Counted from the first letter of the stretch, positions 1 through 13,230 are shown. The stretch is DNA of 64,000 nucleotides from Eledone cirrhosa (GCA_964016885.1 CAXHJY010000322.1:133029-197028), one strand, 5' to 3'. The notes: generated by a model not told the origin, from the letters alone. Numbers and translations are program-made.

Positions 1-2154
1 TCTCGGACAGGGAGGCGAAGTCCTGCGAGGAGCCGATTTCAGCCGCTGAGATAGAGGACGTGATGAGCCAATGCGGCAAACGCAAATCCCCGGGTCTCGA
101 TGGTCTTCCATACGAACTATATCTAGCTATGCCGGACTTGTTCCCCGAACTCCTCGAGGCGGTCTACTGCAACTAGCAACAGAACGGGAGAATTCCCTGT
201 GCTGTGACCAAGGGCGTAGTCACGCTAGTGAGGAAGGACGAGAACAAGGGGGACGAAATAAGTAACTTCAGGCCCATAACTCTGCTAAATATAGAGTTAC
301 AGATTTTGGCCAAGGTGCTAACAAAGAGGTTGGCGCTTGTCGTGGGCAACCTGGTGGGACATGCGCAGACATGTGCTATCCCGTCCAGGTCCATCCATGA
401 CAACCTCCACCTCGTGCGATACATCATTGAGAGGGTTGGGAACGAACCCGTCTTTGGTGGGGCTCTGATCAACTTGGATCAATCTAAGGCGTTCGATAGG
501 GTCGACCATGGTTACCTGGATGCGGTGCTAGCGGCGGCAGGTTTCGGACCTGTTTTCAGGGGCTGGATCACTGCTATGCACAGCAGCTGCATCTGCTCTA
601 GAGTCAAGGTGAACGGCTACCTCTCGGAGCCGTTCGAAATCGCACGGTCAATCCGACAAGGGTGCCCTCTCTCCTCCCTTCTGTATGTATTGACTCTCAA
701 GCCACTACTGCGGAAGTTGGAGTTGTTGCAGGGCATCCCTTTGGAACCGGGATTGCGGAAAGCGGTGTCGGCCTACGCCGATGACGTGACAGTAATGGTG
801 TCGACGGCCTCCGAAATCGGGGACCCGACACCTTACTGGAGGAGTACGAAAGGTTCACAGGGGCTATGCTGAACCGGGACAAGTCGATCGGTTTGCAACT
901 CGGCACGTGGAGGGGAAAACCGATGCCCTCCGATGGCGTCGTCGGACGCTGGACGGAGAACCCGGTGAAGTTGCTCGGGGTCTGGTTCGGACCAGACCTC
1001 CAGGTGGAGAAGAACTGGGCTGAGGTTACGAACAGGGTGTTTGTACTGACCCAGAAGTGGGCCAGTTGCAAACTATCCCTGAAAGGTCGGGCGGAGGTGG
1101 CGAACACCTATATAGCCTCCGTCATTTACTACCGCCTGACCGTCGTGCCTTGCCCAAGGGAAACCCTCGCCAAGATGGAGCGCGCACTCTTCCAATTCCT
1201 TTGGAAGAAGCAGGCTCCTTTGGTGAGGAGATCCATCTGCTGTCAACACCCTTCGAAAGGAGGGCTGGGGATGCCGTGGCTAATGATGCGTAAACACGCA
1301 TTAAGGCTACGGCACCTCCACGTATTCCTCACCGGTCAACCGGTGTGGGTCTCGTTTGTGAGACGAATCTTTCCCAGACTCGTCTCACTCACCGAGTTGC
1401 AATCCTGGGTCAAGTAAAGACCGAGAAAACTGGGCTCCTGGCACACTGAGTGTGCCCAGGCGCTCACCGCCCTCTGGCAGGCGGACCCGGTTATCAGTGG
1501 AGACTCCACCGCAACATTATATAGAGGGCTGGTACGCAGCAGGGGCGACGACGCCCTCAGAAAGCCCTAGACATGGAGGAAGACGAACTGGCCAGCCTGT
1601 TCGGTAGGACATTCAGCCCGGGACCTATGGACAGCTTCCAGAAGTCCCTGGCCTGGCAGTGCTACCGAGGGGCTCTACCCGTTCGAGAAAAGCTCTACAG
1701 ACACGGGCGCCCGGGTAGGGACCCCGCCAAAAAGATCTGTCTCAGATGCGTGTGCGACGAGGAAACCGTTGCACACACATTGGTACACTGCTCGGGCGTA
1801 GCCGATCTGTGGGGCTATGTCGAACAACTGCTGTCAAGGGTGGGACCGATCCGGTTGACCACCGAGTCTATTGTAATGATCAAGCCGCTTCCCCCCTTTA
1901 AAAATGAAGGAGAGGCGGTGTTTCTGTGCGTAATAGCCATGGTGAAAGAGGTTGTATGGTGGACGCGTCTGAAAGGACTGAGGTCAGGCACCTTTCTCTC
2001 TGGCCAACAACTGGTCCGTTTCTTCCGATATCATTTCGGAAGAAGGATCAGGATGGAGAGAGAGGTGCTCCACCCCGGTCGTTTTTATGAAAGGTGTGTG
2101 AAAGTGGCGAGAATGGCCCGTGTGAATGGGCCTTCTCTTTACTTCAGCCTGTAG
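1..2154 (+). pseudogene. LINE ORF2 remnant (RT + C-terminal Zn domain) with stops and frameshifts
   Basis: ORF pieces 204-872, 866-1417 and 1573-2154 are collinear with the more intact ORF2 at 5828-7699. Confidence 0.9.
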
Positions 2155-2385
2155 GTGGAAAAGAGGAAGGAACGAGGGAGCACCCTCTCTCTGTGCTCCC
2201 GAGGAGAAGGGGTTGCACACTTTTTTCGGGGGTGTGTGGGATCCCCCAAACGCCCCCTCCCTATTGAGGACTTTATTGTTAATTTTATATTTGTTATTTG
2301 TTTTCTTTGCTCGCCTTTTTGTGTAAACTTCCACAATTGTACTTGTCACACTTTTTGATGCCCTGGTGGCAAATAAAAATAAACA

Positions 2386-2386
<1 letters not shown>
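1..2386 (+). mobile_element. Tx1/L1-clade non-LTR retrotransposon copy 1 (5' part outside window), degenerate
   Basis: Broken ORF2 with RT motifs (NFRPITLLN, LDQSKAFDRV, QGCPLS, YADD) and a C-terminal CxxC..H..C region. The 3' UTR ends GTGGCAAATAAA and is followed by (TATC)n. Highly similar to 21370-23787. Confidence 0.93.

Positions 2387-2442
<56 letters not shown>
2386..2442 (+). repeat. (TATC)n microsatellite between Tx1 copies
   Basis: Perfect tetranucleotide tract directly after the element 3' end. Confidence 0.98.
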
Positions 2443-2820
2443 CGAAAATTTTATTTAAAAAATTTGTTTTAAAATATCAGATTTTACAAAGTAAAAAACT
2501 TGAGCAACACTAGAACATGGAGAACGTTAATAGAGAAAAGAGAGAGAAAGAGGCAGATATTAACGTTATATCTGCTCCTGCTGCTATGGACGTCGCCATA
2601 GATACAACTGTCACAAAAGAAAAAATATATCAACATTTGAAAATTTTACAATTTCTACCGCCACAGCGGAGAGAATAACACACAGGAAAACACAGCAAAA
2701 AAACCCATTGACATACATACACATGAAAAAGACATCAACAACTCTACAGATACATCTACACATAATGTTTCCAACAACGATAACATCATCATCAACAACA
2801 ACACCACACAAAAAAAGAAA

Positions 2821-4359
2821 ATGTCTTTCGCTGACACAGTCAACAAGAAACAAGATTTTATAAATCTTGATATCTCCAACGCAAGAGATATGCTCCAGCA
2901 AGGGAGAAAATTTGTAACTTTCGAAGAAAGAGGTGGATTTAGAATTAACTCTCCCCTTGAAATAAAGGAAGACACAAACCGCCGATCAGTCACTTTTAGG
3001 ACTGTGTCAAATTCGTCAAGAAAACCGACATTTGTTAATCAAGCAGATATAGAAGATTCTTTCAAGGAAATTCTAGCAAATGTCGATTTTCTCCAGCGAG
3101 GAAAACAGTACGGAAGTGTTTCCGTACTGTTTAAAAGCGAGGCACTCGCCCCAAAAAACTCTGTGACACCAATAGTGTCAAAAGCATACACCTTTTTCCC
3201 TACATACATGGGGAAAAGGACACAAAAAATAAAAATAAAAAACATACCTCCAAGCATTAACATCTGGTGGATCTTGGCTGGCTTCGTAGAGCCAGAAACA
3301 GACATAATACTTTCGATACGAAAATCTATTCGACAAAGGTGGGCAGGCACAGATTTAGAGATTCTGTTGCAAATGAAACCGGAGAGAATCTCCAAAATAC
3401 CCGAAAGAGTCGTTATTGATAATAACAACAAAATAAACATTTCAGTAGAAGGACGAAAATTTCATTGCTTTCGCTGTGGTAGCACAGCTCACCTAAAAGC
3501 CTCTTGTCCACAAACACACAACAACAACATCATAAAAAAAACGCTATTACCAACACCAACACAACCACCACCACAAGTACAACGACAGACGAAACGAGCA
3601 ACCACACCAAAACAAACAGACACTCAACCAACAACAACAGAAAAAACAGAGACAACACCCCTGAAGAACACATCCCCACTCCATCCCACTCCATCAAACA
3701 CTACCACAAACACACATACCGAAACACCACCACCACCACCCAACATACACTTACCCCACACACCTGACGATGATTATTCATCGACGGATGAAGCTGCTTC
3801 TCCTTCTTTAAGTGAAGAAGAGAGAGAGCCGCGGAAATCTAAAAAACAAAAAAAGAGACACCACAAAACCCCCAAAACTCCAATCACCAACACCAACACA
3901 CAACCACAGACACAAACAACAACACAAACAACACCACAGTCAAACATCCCCCTATCAGCAAAACCAGCACCAACACCACCCCAAACACAAGCACCCACCA
4001 TAAAAAGAAAACTCCCGGATAAACAACAAACTAAACCAACACAACAAAAACACAAACAACAATACGCATACATCAACACAAACAACAAGAGTTTGATAGA
4101 GGTCATCTCCCAAAACCCCAAGGTGGAGACGGAGGGCAAAACTTTCGTCAAGGCAGAATCGTCTCCACACCTTAAACTTATAAGGGTTTCTATGGAAACC
4201 TATAAAGACCTAAAAATAAAATGTTCACAGGACGTGGGCAACCCCTGCCACAAACCCATCAACCGCGTCCTGTTGAAAGGTTTCCCCACCCCACCCAACA
4301 CCCCATCCAGCACCGAAATGGAGATTGAACAACCCGATCTCCAGGAAACGAAAAGGTAA
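2821..4359 (+). CDS. LINE ORF1 (gag-like nucleic-acid-binding protein); true start may lie upstream near 2517 with a frameshift
   Basis: 512-aa ORF with a CX2CX4HX4C knuckle (CFRCGSTAHLKASC) and a Pro/Thr-rich linker. Homologous to 18624-19850. Confidence 0.85.
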   Translation: MSFADTVNKKQDFINLDISNARDMLQQGRKFVTFEERGGFRINSPLEIKEDTNRRSVTFRTVSNSSRKPTFVNQADIEDSFKEILANVDFLQRGKQYGSVSVLFKSEALAPKNSVTPIVSKAYTFFPTYMGKRTQKIKIKNIPPSINIWWILAGFVEPETDIILSIRKSIRQRWAGTDLEILLQMKPERISKIPERVVIDNNNKINISVEGRKFHCFRCGSTAHLKASCPQTHNNNIIKKTLLPTPTQPPPQVQRQTKRATTPKQTDTQPTTTEKTETTPLKNTSPLHPTPSNTTTNTHTETPPPPPNIHLPHTPDDDYSSTDEAASPSLSEEEREPRKSKKQKKRHHKTPKTPITNTNTQPQTQTTTQTTPQSNIPLSAKPAPTPPQTQAPTIKRKLPDKQQTKPTQQKHKQQYAYINTNNKSLIEVISQNPKVETEGKTFVKAESSPHLKLIRVSMETYKDLKIKCSQDVGNPCHKPINRVLLKGFPTPPNTPSSTEMEIEQPDLQETKR

Positions 4360-4400
4360 GTGCACCTTTCGTCCTTTTGCTCCAACTTTTCTTCACCAAC

Positions 4401-7400
4401 TTGGCTGGTTTACGAGTTGGAACCGTGAATGTGCGTGGCCTAGGGATGCCCTGGAAACAGGGCCAACTTTTAAACGACCTTAGGTCACACAGTATGGATG
4501 TGATAGCCATCACCGAGTCCAGGATCCACAACAGGCAGCAACTAACCCCCATCTTCGACGACTTTGAGATCTACGAATCTCTCTGTCAGCCAGGAGGTGG
4601 AGCTGGAGTGGCTGTTATGTTTCGGAAGAACCTGGACGTCGGAGTACAGCAAGTACACTTGGACCCGGAGGGTAGACTGGTAGTCCTAGACGTGAACAGT
4701 ATCGGAGGTGGAGCCTTCAGACTGGTGGCCGTTTATGCTCCGACCGGGCAATCGCAATCACGGCCAGACTTCTTTAAGCATCTAGAGTCTTTTCTGGGAA
4801 AGTCTCGCTCCTTACTTTTAGTGGGGGACTGGAATGGTATCCTAGATGCACGATGGGACTATGTGGGAGCATGTCCCAGTAGAGCGGGGTGCAACAGCCT
4901 CAAAACTTTAATCGGCCAATTCCAACTGGCCGATAGGTATCGACTGGATTTCCCGACTGCACCACAGTGGACGTGGGTAAACCGCAGTGGGACATCTAGA
5001 TCGTATTTAGATAGGTTCTTCATTAGAGAAAGGGACAAGGAGATGTTAAGCTGTCCACGAATGCACATGGTTGCCTATTCAGATCACAAGTTAGTCGTCT
5101 GCTTAGTCAACCGTGATAGAATACATAGACAGGGTCCCGGATACTGGAAGCTGAACGTGTCGTTGCCGGCACGTAAAGCTTACAGTGAAACGATAAGTAG
5201 ACTAGTCAAGCAACAGTTAACGGGCGCCATCGTCAACAATAGATGGTGGTACTCTCTCAAGAAAGCAATTAGAATAGAATCGATAGGGTATAGCAGAGAG
5301 TTAGCCTTAGAGAAAACCAGAATAGAAAGAGAACTAGTAGCCAAGGCAGAGGGGGCACTTAGAAGTGGCAACGCGGCTAGAGTGTTAGCGTCGAGAACGG
5401 CACTGGACCAGTTCTTCGATGCGAAACACGAAGGCTGCGTGGTCAGAAGCAAAACACGTGCTCTAGGAAACGAAGGAGCGAAAGCTGTCAGCTGGGCCCG
5501 AGTGGCGGAGGCAAAAAGTGGCAACAAGTCCACGATTCGGTCTTTGAAAGACCAAAACGGACGCGTGCTACTTGACCCCAAGCAAATGTTCGCGGCCTTT
5601 CAGCGGCACTTTGCGCGACTGTTTGAGCAGAACGACGGTGAGCCGAACGGGGCAATGGACTTTAGTTCATACCTCAACGGCCTGCCACGTCTCTCGAACA
5701 CGGACGCCGAGTTCTGCGAAAGACCGATCACGGACATTGAGATACGGGACGCTCTGGGCCGCTGCGAGAAACGCAAGTCTCCCGGTCTAGATGGTCTACC
5801 CTACGAATTTTACATAGGTATGCAAACTTGTTCTCTGGCTTCCTCGAAGCCGTCTACTGCAATTGGCAGCAGAACGGGAGAATTCCCAGTTCTGCAGGCA
5901 ATGGCGTAGTAACGCTGATCAGGAAAGACGAGAACAAGGGGGACGAAATTAACAACTTCAGGCCCATAACTCTGCTCAACACAGAGTTAAAGATTTTGGC
6001 CAAGGTGCTAGCGACGAGGTTGGCGCGTGTCGTCGAGAACCTGGTAGGGAAAGCGCAAACGTGTGCAATCCCGACCAGGTCCATACACGACAACCTCCAC
6101 CTCATGCGATACATCATAGAGAGGGTGGGTAGTAAACCCGGCTTCGGTGGGGCTCTGATCAACTTGGATCAGTCTAAGGCATTCGATAGGGTCGACCATC
6201 GATACTTGGAAGCGGTTCTCAAGGCGGCCGGTTTCGGTCCCGTGTTCAGAGGATGGATCGAGGCGATGCACACCAGCATCTGCTCGAGGGTCAAGGTGAA
6301 CGGCTACCTATCGGAGCCGTTCGCAATCACGCGTTCCATTCGACAGGGATGCCCTCTCTCCTCCATTCTGTATGTATTGACTCTAGAGCCACTACTGCGG
6401 AAATTGGAGCTGTTGCAGGGCATACCCCTAGAACCGGGACTGCGCAAAGCGGCGTCGGCTTATGCCGACGACGTAACGGTAATGGTGTCGAGCACCTCGG
6501 AAATCGGGGTGATCGGCAACTTACTGAAAGAATACGAAACGCTGACGGGAGCAAAACTAAACCCAGACAAGTCTGTCGGTTTGCAACTCGGTACGTGGAG
6601 AGGCAAACCGATGACATCCGACAGCGTCGTTGGACGCTGGACGGACGGACTGGTGAAATTGCTCGGGGCCTGGTTCGGTCCAGACTTCCAGGTGGAGAAA
6701 AACTGGAACGAGGTCACGGCCAAGGTGTTTGCACTCACCCAGAAGTGGGCAGAGTGCAAACTGTCCTTGAAAGGTCGAGCGGAGGTGGCGAACACTTTCA
6801 TAGCGTCCGTCATCTACTACCGCTTGACTGTCGTGCCTTGTCCCCGTGAACACCTCGCCAAGATGGAACGCATGCTCTTCCAGCTTCTGTGGAAGAAGCA
6901 GGCTCCGCTGGTGAGGAGATCCGTCTGCTGTCAGCACCCTTCCAACAGAGGGCTGGGAATGCCGTGGCTGATGATGCGCAAACATGCGCTGAGGCTGCGG
7001 CATCTCCAGGTATTCCTCACCGACCCCCAACCGGTGTGGGCACCGTTTGTGAGACAGGCTTTCCCACAGCTCGTCTCGCTAACGGAGCTGCAGTCCTGGG
7101 TGAAGAAAAGACCGAAAACGATGGGCGCCTGGCACATTGAATGCGCTCAGGCGCTCACAGTCCTCTGGCAAGCGGGCGCAGCAATCAGTGGAGACTCCAC
7201 TTCGACATTCTATAGAGGGATTGTACGTTACAAGGGCGACAACGTGCTCGGAGAGACTCTGGGCGTCGAAGACGATGAGCTCACCAGTCTGTTTGGTAGG
7301 ACTTTCCGCCCGGGACCTATGGACAACTTCCAGAGGTCCCTGGCCTGGCAGTGCTACCGAGGAGCTCTACCGGTTCGTGACAAGATCTACAGGCACGGAC

Positions 7401-7839
7401 GCCCTGGCAGGGATCCTTCCAAGAGGACGTGTCCAAGATGTGCGCAGGACATTGAAACAGTTCTGCACGCAATTGTACACTGCCCGGGCGTAAGCGACCT
7501 GTGGAACTATGCAGAACAACTGCTGTCGCGTATGGGACAAATACAGTTGACTGCCGAGTCCATAGTAAGGATCAAACCGCCAGACTCTTTCAAAAACGAA
7601 AGAGAGGTGGTTTTCCTCTGTACGGTGGCTATGGTGAAAGAAGTTATATGGTGGACGAGGTTGAGAGGACAGATGCCTTTCTCTCCGGACAACAATTGAT
7701 TCCCTTCTTTAAGTATCACTTTAGAAGGAGAATCAGGGTGGAGAGAGAGGCACTGCACCCCAGTAAATTTACTGAAAGGTGGGTGAATGAAGCGAAAATG
7801 GCCCGAGTGATTGGGCCTTCTCTGTTTATAAGCCTGTAG
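4401..7839 (+). pseudogene. LINE ORF2: APE endonuclease, reverse transcriptase, C-terminal Zn motif; two frameshifts, start codon apparently ATG>TTG
   Basis: APE motifs (TVNVRGL, ITES, VYAP, GDWN, LDRF, YSDH), RT YADD and CPRC..HA..HC. CAACTTGGCT here corresponds to CAACATGGCT at 20120. Confidence 0.92.
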
Positions 7840-8073
7840 GTTGAGGAAGAGAGCAAAAGGAAGAAAGGAGCACTTGCACAACACGCTCCTCGAGTTGAGG
7901 GTTGTTCTATCGACGGGGTATTAAACAACCTATTTGTGGCGCCTTCCCCCTATTGGGGATTTCGATTGTTGAAATTGTTTGTTTTTATATTTTTTACACG
8001 ACTGTATGTAAAATCCCCGGCATGTCTTTGTATTGTCCCCTTTTCTTGTTGCGCCCTTGTGGCTAATAAAGAA

Positions 8074-8096
8074 ATCTATCTATCTATCTATCTATC
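8074..8096 (+). repeat. (TATC)n microsatellite
   Basis: Short perfect tract between Tx1 copies 2 and 3. Confidence 0.95.
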
Positions 8097-8463
8097 GATG
8101 GAGAGAGAGGTGCTGCACCCCAGCCGTTTTTATGAAAGATGGGTGAAAGTGGCGAGAATGGCCCGTGTGAATGGGCCTTCACTCTACATCAGACTATAGG
8201 TGAGGAAGATGAAAGACCAAGGGAGCACCCCTTTTCTGTGCTCCTGAGGAGAAGGGTTGCACACTTTTTTCGGGGGTGTGTGCGACCCCCCAAGGCGCCT
8301 CCTCTCTATTGAGGATTTTGTTAAAAATTTTATTTTTTGTTATATCTTATTTTATTTTTATATTTTGTTATTGCCTCCTCCTTATTGAGGACGCCTTTTT
8401 GTGTAAACTCCCCCCTTTGTACTTGTCCCACTTTTGATGCCCTAGTGGCAAATAAAAGAAACA
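8097..8463 (+). mobile_element. Tx1 copy 3, severely 5'-truncated (end of ORF2 + 3' UTR)
   Basis: Near-identical to 23420-23787; ends GTGGCAAATAAA. Confidence 0.93.

Positions 8464-8523
<60 letters not shown>
8464..8523 (+). repeat. (TATC)n microsatellite
   Basis: Perfect tract. Confidence 0.97.
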
Positions 8524-9873
8524 GAAGTGGGCTGAGTGCAAACTCTCCTTGAAAGCTCGAGCGGAGGTAACGAACACTTACATAGCGTCCGTCATCTACT
8601 ACCGCTTCAGAGTCGTGCCTTGCCCCCGGAAATACCTTACCAAAATGGAACGCCTACTCTTCAAGTTCCTTTGGAAGAAACAGGCTCCATTGGTGAGGAG
8701 ATCCATCTGCCCTCAATACCCTTCTAACGGAGGGCTGGACATGCTGTGGCTGATGATGCGCAAACATGCGCTGAGGCTATGCCATCTCTAGGTATTCCTG
8801 ACCGGTGAACCGGTGTGGCTGTCGTTTGTGAAACAAGCTCTTCCACAACTCGTCTCACTAACAGAGCTGCAGTCCTGGGTCAAGCGAAGACCGAAAATGG
8901 GTGCCTGGCACCTCGAGTGCCTACAGGCGCTCACAGCCCTCTACCAAGCGGAAACGGCAATCAGCAGAGACTCTACTTCGATAGTCTATAGGGGATTAGT
9001 GGAGGATAAGTGCGACGACGTTCTCGGGAAACTCTAGGCATCGAGGAGGACTAACTGACCAGTCTATTCGGGAGGACTTTCCGTCCATTGCCTATGGATA
9101 ACTTCCAGAGGTCTCTGGACTGGCAGTGCTACCGAGGAGCTCTACCAGTTCGATACAAAATCTACAGGCACGGACGTCCTGGCAGAGATCCTACCAAAAG
9201 GACATGTCCATGATGCGAGCAGGACATCAAAATCGTTCTGCACGCAATTGTTCAGTGCCCGGAGGTGACCGACCTGTGGAATTATGTCGAACAGCTGCTG
9301 TCACGTGTTTGGACGCATCCAGTTGTCAGCCGAGTCCATCGTGAGGATCAACCCGCTGCCTTCATTTAAGAACGAAGGAGAGGCGGTTTTACTCTGTCTG
9401 GTGGCTATGGCGAAAGAGGTAATATGGTGGACGAGGTTAAAAGGACTGAGGGCAAACACCTTTCTCTCCGGACAACAACTTGTCCCCTTCTTTAAGTATC
9501 ACTTCAGAAGGAAGGTGAGAGTGGAGAGAGAGGTGCTATATCCCAGTAAATTCACTGAAAGGTGGGTGAATGTGATGAAAATAGCCCGAGTGAATGGGCC
9601 TTCTCTGTATATAAACCTGTAGGTTGAGGAAGATAAACAGAGGGAAGACAGGAACACCTACAAAACGCGTAACTGGTGTTGAGGGTTGTTCTCTCCACGG
9701 GGTGTAAAACAACCCTGTAGTAACGTTCCCCCCTATTGGGGATTTCAATTGTTATTTTATTATATATAGTTTATTGTTATTTATTAATGTGAAAGTTATT
9801 TTTATGTAAAACCCCCGCCGTCACGTCTTGCAATGTTCCATTTTTGTACGCCCCTGTGGCAAATAAAGAAAGA
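8524..9873 (+). mobile_element. Tx1 copy 4, 5'-truncated
   Basis: ORF2 C-terminal fragments (8549-9622). The 3' UTR matches 27870-28120. Confidence 0.93.
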
Positions 9874-9945
9874 TATCTATCTATCTATCTGTCATATATC
9901 TATCTATCTATCTATCTATCTGTCATCTATCTATCTATCTATCTA
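9874..9945 (+). repeat. Imperfect (TATC)n microsatellite
   Basis: Tract with TGTCA interruptions. Confidence 0.9.
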
Positions 9946-10505
9946 GCCCCGGTAGGGACCCTTCGAAAAAGATCTGTCCGGGATGTGTGCGCGACGAGGA
10001 AACCGTCGCGCATGCATTTGTACACTGCCCGGGCGTTACCGACCTGTGGAGCTATGTAGAACGACTATTGTCGCGGGTGGGACCAATCCAGTTGACCACC
10101 GAGTCCATTGTCACGATCAAACCACCACTCTCCTTCAAAACCGAGGGAGAGGCGGTTTTCCTATGTGTTATGGCTATGGTGAAAGAGGTTATATGGTGTA
10201 CGGGTTAAAAGGGCTGAGGTCAGACACTTTTCTCTTCGGCGAACAACTGATTCGTTTTTTCAAATATCATTTTGGTAGAAGAATCAGGATGGAGAGAGAG
10301 ATGCTGTACCCCAGCAAATTTTATAAAAGGTGGGTGAATGTGGCCAAGATGGCCCGAGTGGTTGGGCCTTCTCTCTATATAAGCCTGTAGGTTGAGGAAA
10401 AAGAGGAAGAGAGGAAGGGTGTACTCACTCTTGGTGCTCCTGGAGATGAGGGTTGTACATTTGTTCGGGGTGTGTACAACCCCTGTGTAACGCCTCCCCA
10501 CTACT
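9946..10505 (+). mobile_element. Tx1 copy 5, 5'-truncated and lacking the terminal part of the 3' UTR
   Basis: ORF2 C-terminus (DEETVAHAFVHC...ARVVGPSLYISL) and the first 3' UTR hairpins. Confidence 0.88.
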
Positions 10506-10691
10506 GAAGAACTGTAGTCTGACATTTGAGCGGCCATGACAGTTACTGACCTCTTCTTTCTAAATGACCTCCGCAATAATTCTCCTTCCTGCTTTCATCT
10601 GAAAATAATGACAGAACAAAATAAATAAATAAATAAAACAAAGAACGGGACATCCTTTCGTTGGTTCATTGGTGCTGTTACCATTAGGTAC

Positions 10692-10751
10692 TACATACAT
10701 ACACACATACATACATACATACATACATACATACATACATACATACATACA

Positions 10752-10781
<30 letters not shown>
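10692..10781 (+). repeat. (TACA)n microsatellite
   Basis: Near-perfect tract directly upstream of an RLE LINE. Confidence 0.97.
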
Positions 10782-10782
<1 letters not shown>

Positions 10783-13230
10783 GACGGATGACGGATTCAA
10801 CAGACAAACTAAATGGCTACAAGAACTGGAACAGGACTACTGCCAACATGTCCAGACAAAACAATATGACATAGATGGGTCAATACTGGAAACAGCTCTA
10901 CAGAAAATGTCGAATAGGAAATCGCCAGGCCCAGACCTCATTACAGGATACTGGTTGAAGAAATTCACTTTCTATCGGCAAGATCTCATACGGCTGTTTA
11001 CAGAAACCATTAAAGGTACACAAGAACTGCCCAGATAGTTATCAACTGCCACTACTCTTCTCATTTCCCAAAATAGCCAAACCACCCTTGCTAAAAATTA
11101 CCGCCCAATAGCCTGCCAAAACATCATGTATAAATTATATACTGGGTGCCTTAACCTGTTCTTACAGGATCACTGTGCTACCAACAACATCATAACACCT
11201 GAGCAAGCTGGTGGAAAGAGGGAGGTGTGGGGTTGCATAGATCACCTACTAACTAACAAAATGATTCAGGAAAAAACAACAAAGAATCGCAGAAACATGA
11301 CTGTGGTGTGGCTGGACTATCAAAAAGCATTTGATAGTGTACCTCATGGGTGGATTATTAAGGCTTTACAGTTAGCTAAAGTCCCACAACCATTGGTAGC
11401 TGCTGTTGAACGCCTGACCAAGAACTGGTACACCAATTTGATCCTTAGAGGTGAGAAGGAGCAAGTTAAGACTGATAAGATACATTACCAGAAGGGCATC
11501 TTTCAGGGTGATAGCTTGTCAGTGCTACTCTTCGTTCTCTCACTGAATCCACTATCTTACCCACTCAGGAAACAAGGTGGACAAAGTAGTGGGCCCAGAA
11601 GTATCTCCCATCTTCTCTTTGTTGATGACCTGAAGTTGTATGGGCCAAATATCATGACATCAAGAAACAATTGGACCTCATTATACAATTTTCAACCGAC
11701 ATCAAAATGAAATTTGGTGAATCCAAGTGTGCATATTTGGCAGTAAAACGTGGAAGAGCTGTGCCCTCCTCTAGAAATCTAGAGATGAACGGCCTGACAA
11801 TACAACCTCTACAGTCAGGTGACAACTACAGATATCTTGGACAGGATGAGAATGTCAGATATGATGGACCCATATATAAGGAGAGAACCAGAACTGAATA
11901 CCTCAGAAGAGTAAAGAATATATGGTCATCAGAACTGTCAGCGTACAACAAATACATTGCCCACAATACTTATGCTGTGCCAATTCTAACGCCAACATTT
12001 GGCCTGCTGAACTGGTCATTGCAAGAACTAAGTGAGATGGATGTTAGAACTCGAAAACTTCTCAGTGTTACTGGGAACTTTAACATCAATGGTGATGTGG
12101 ATAGGCTATACTTCTCATCCAAGGAAGGTGGCCGGGGTCTAAAATCAATATTAACAACATATGAGACCCGGATAGTAACACTGAAGCAACACCTTCAACA
12201 GAGGAAAAAGGTTGGCAACCATCTTGCCCAGGTTTATGAGCATGAAAAAAAAAATATCATTAGAATAGCGACTGATCTGGAGGAGAGATATGGAATAAAG
12301 CCTGATATAAATCTCTCACCCAGAGAAATCGGAAGATCCTATTCAATGTTCAAACAAGATTAAAAAATTGACCAATTTACAGAAAAAGTTGTGCATGGAT
12401 ACTTGAGGCGTAAAACACAGACCATAGAGGGGATAAACACTCAAAAAGCATGGCATGGAGTTCCGACAAGTTTATGACATCACACCTTGAGGGATATCTT
12501 TATGCAATACAGGAACAAGAACTCCCTACCAAATATCTACTGCACAAAAGAGGAGGGCCAGCAGCTGACAATAAATGTAGGCTATGTAAAACAAAGATCG
12601 AGGATGTAAGCCACATTGTTGCCAGCTGCGAAAGAATGTCATCTCGCTACTACCTCCTCATGAGACACGATGGGATAGCTAGAACCATCTGGAACGCACT
12701 TCGGAAAACAAAATTAACAACAAACGAGGAAGAATATATTGAGACAGATGGCACTAAGGAATACTGGTGGAACCTGAAAATAAAAACTGCCACCAAATTA
12801 AAGCACAACCGGCCTAATATTGTTGTTTGGGACCACACATTGAAAACGTGTTCTGTTGTGGAGATCAGCTGCCCACTTGATGTAAATGTTGTCAGAAAAA
12901 TACAGGAGAAGGAGGACATCTACGGACCAGTGATGAGGAGTTTACAAATCCAGTATCCAAGATACCCCTTTAGCTTCATACCCATCATTATTGGAGCTAC
13001 GGGTTATATACCAACCCGCTTTGACCAAAGTATGACTGAACTTGGATTTGCGGACAAAAAGCGCAGCTCCCTAATTCATAGTCTACAAATGGCTGCGATA
13101 GCTGGTACCTTCAAAATTTGCAAAACATTCTTGCGATTCAAGGGATGACAATTTCTTTTCTTTTACAACCTTGCCACCAGGAAGGTGGCCGGTCAAAAAA
13201 AATATACTCGAAATTAAGAGAAAGAGATAA
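10781..13230 (+). mobile_element. R4/Dong-like non-LTR retrotransposon (RT + restriction-like endonuclease), 5'-truncated, degenerate
   Basis: RT motifs (NYRPIAC, WLDYQKAFDSVPH, GIFQGDSLS, LFVDDLKLY, YRYLG), CCHC (CRLC..SHIVASC), RHD and RP(D>N)IVVWD..VEISCP..K. Flanked by (CATA)n. Confidence 0.9.

Larger units (their letters stand above)
2443..8073 (+). mobile_element. Tx1/L1-clade LINE copy 2, near full length (ORF1+ORF2)
   Basis: ORF1 with CCHC knuckle, ORF2 with APE endonuclease + RT, and a 3' UTR ending GTGGCTAATAAA. Flanked on both sides by (TATC)n. Confidence 0.95.
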
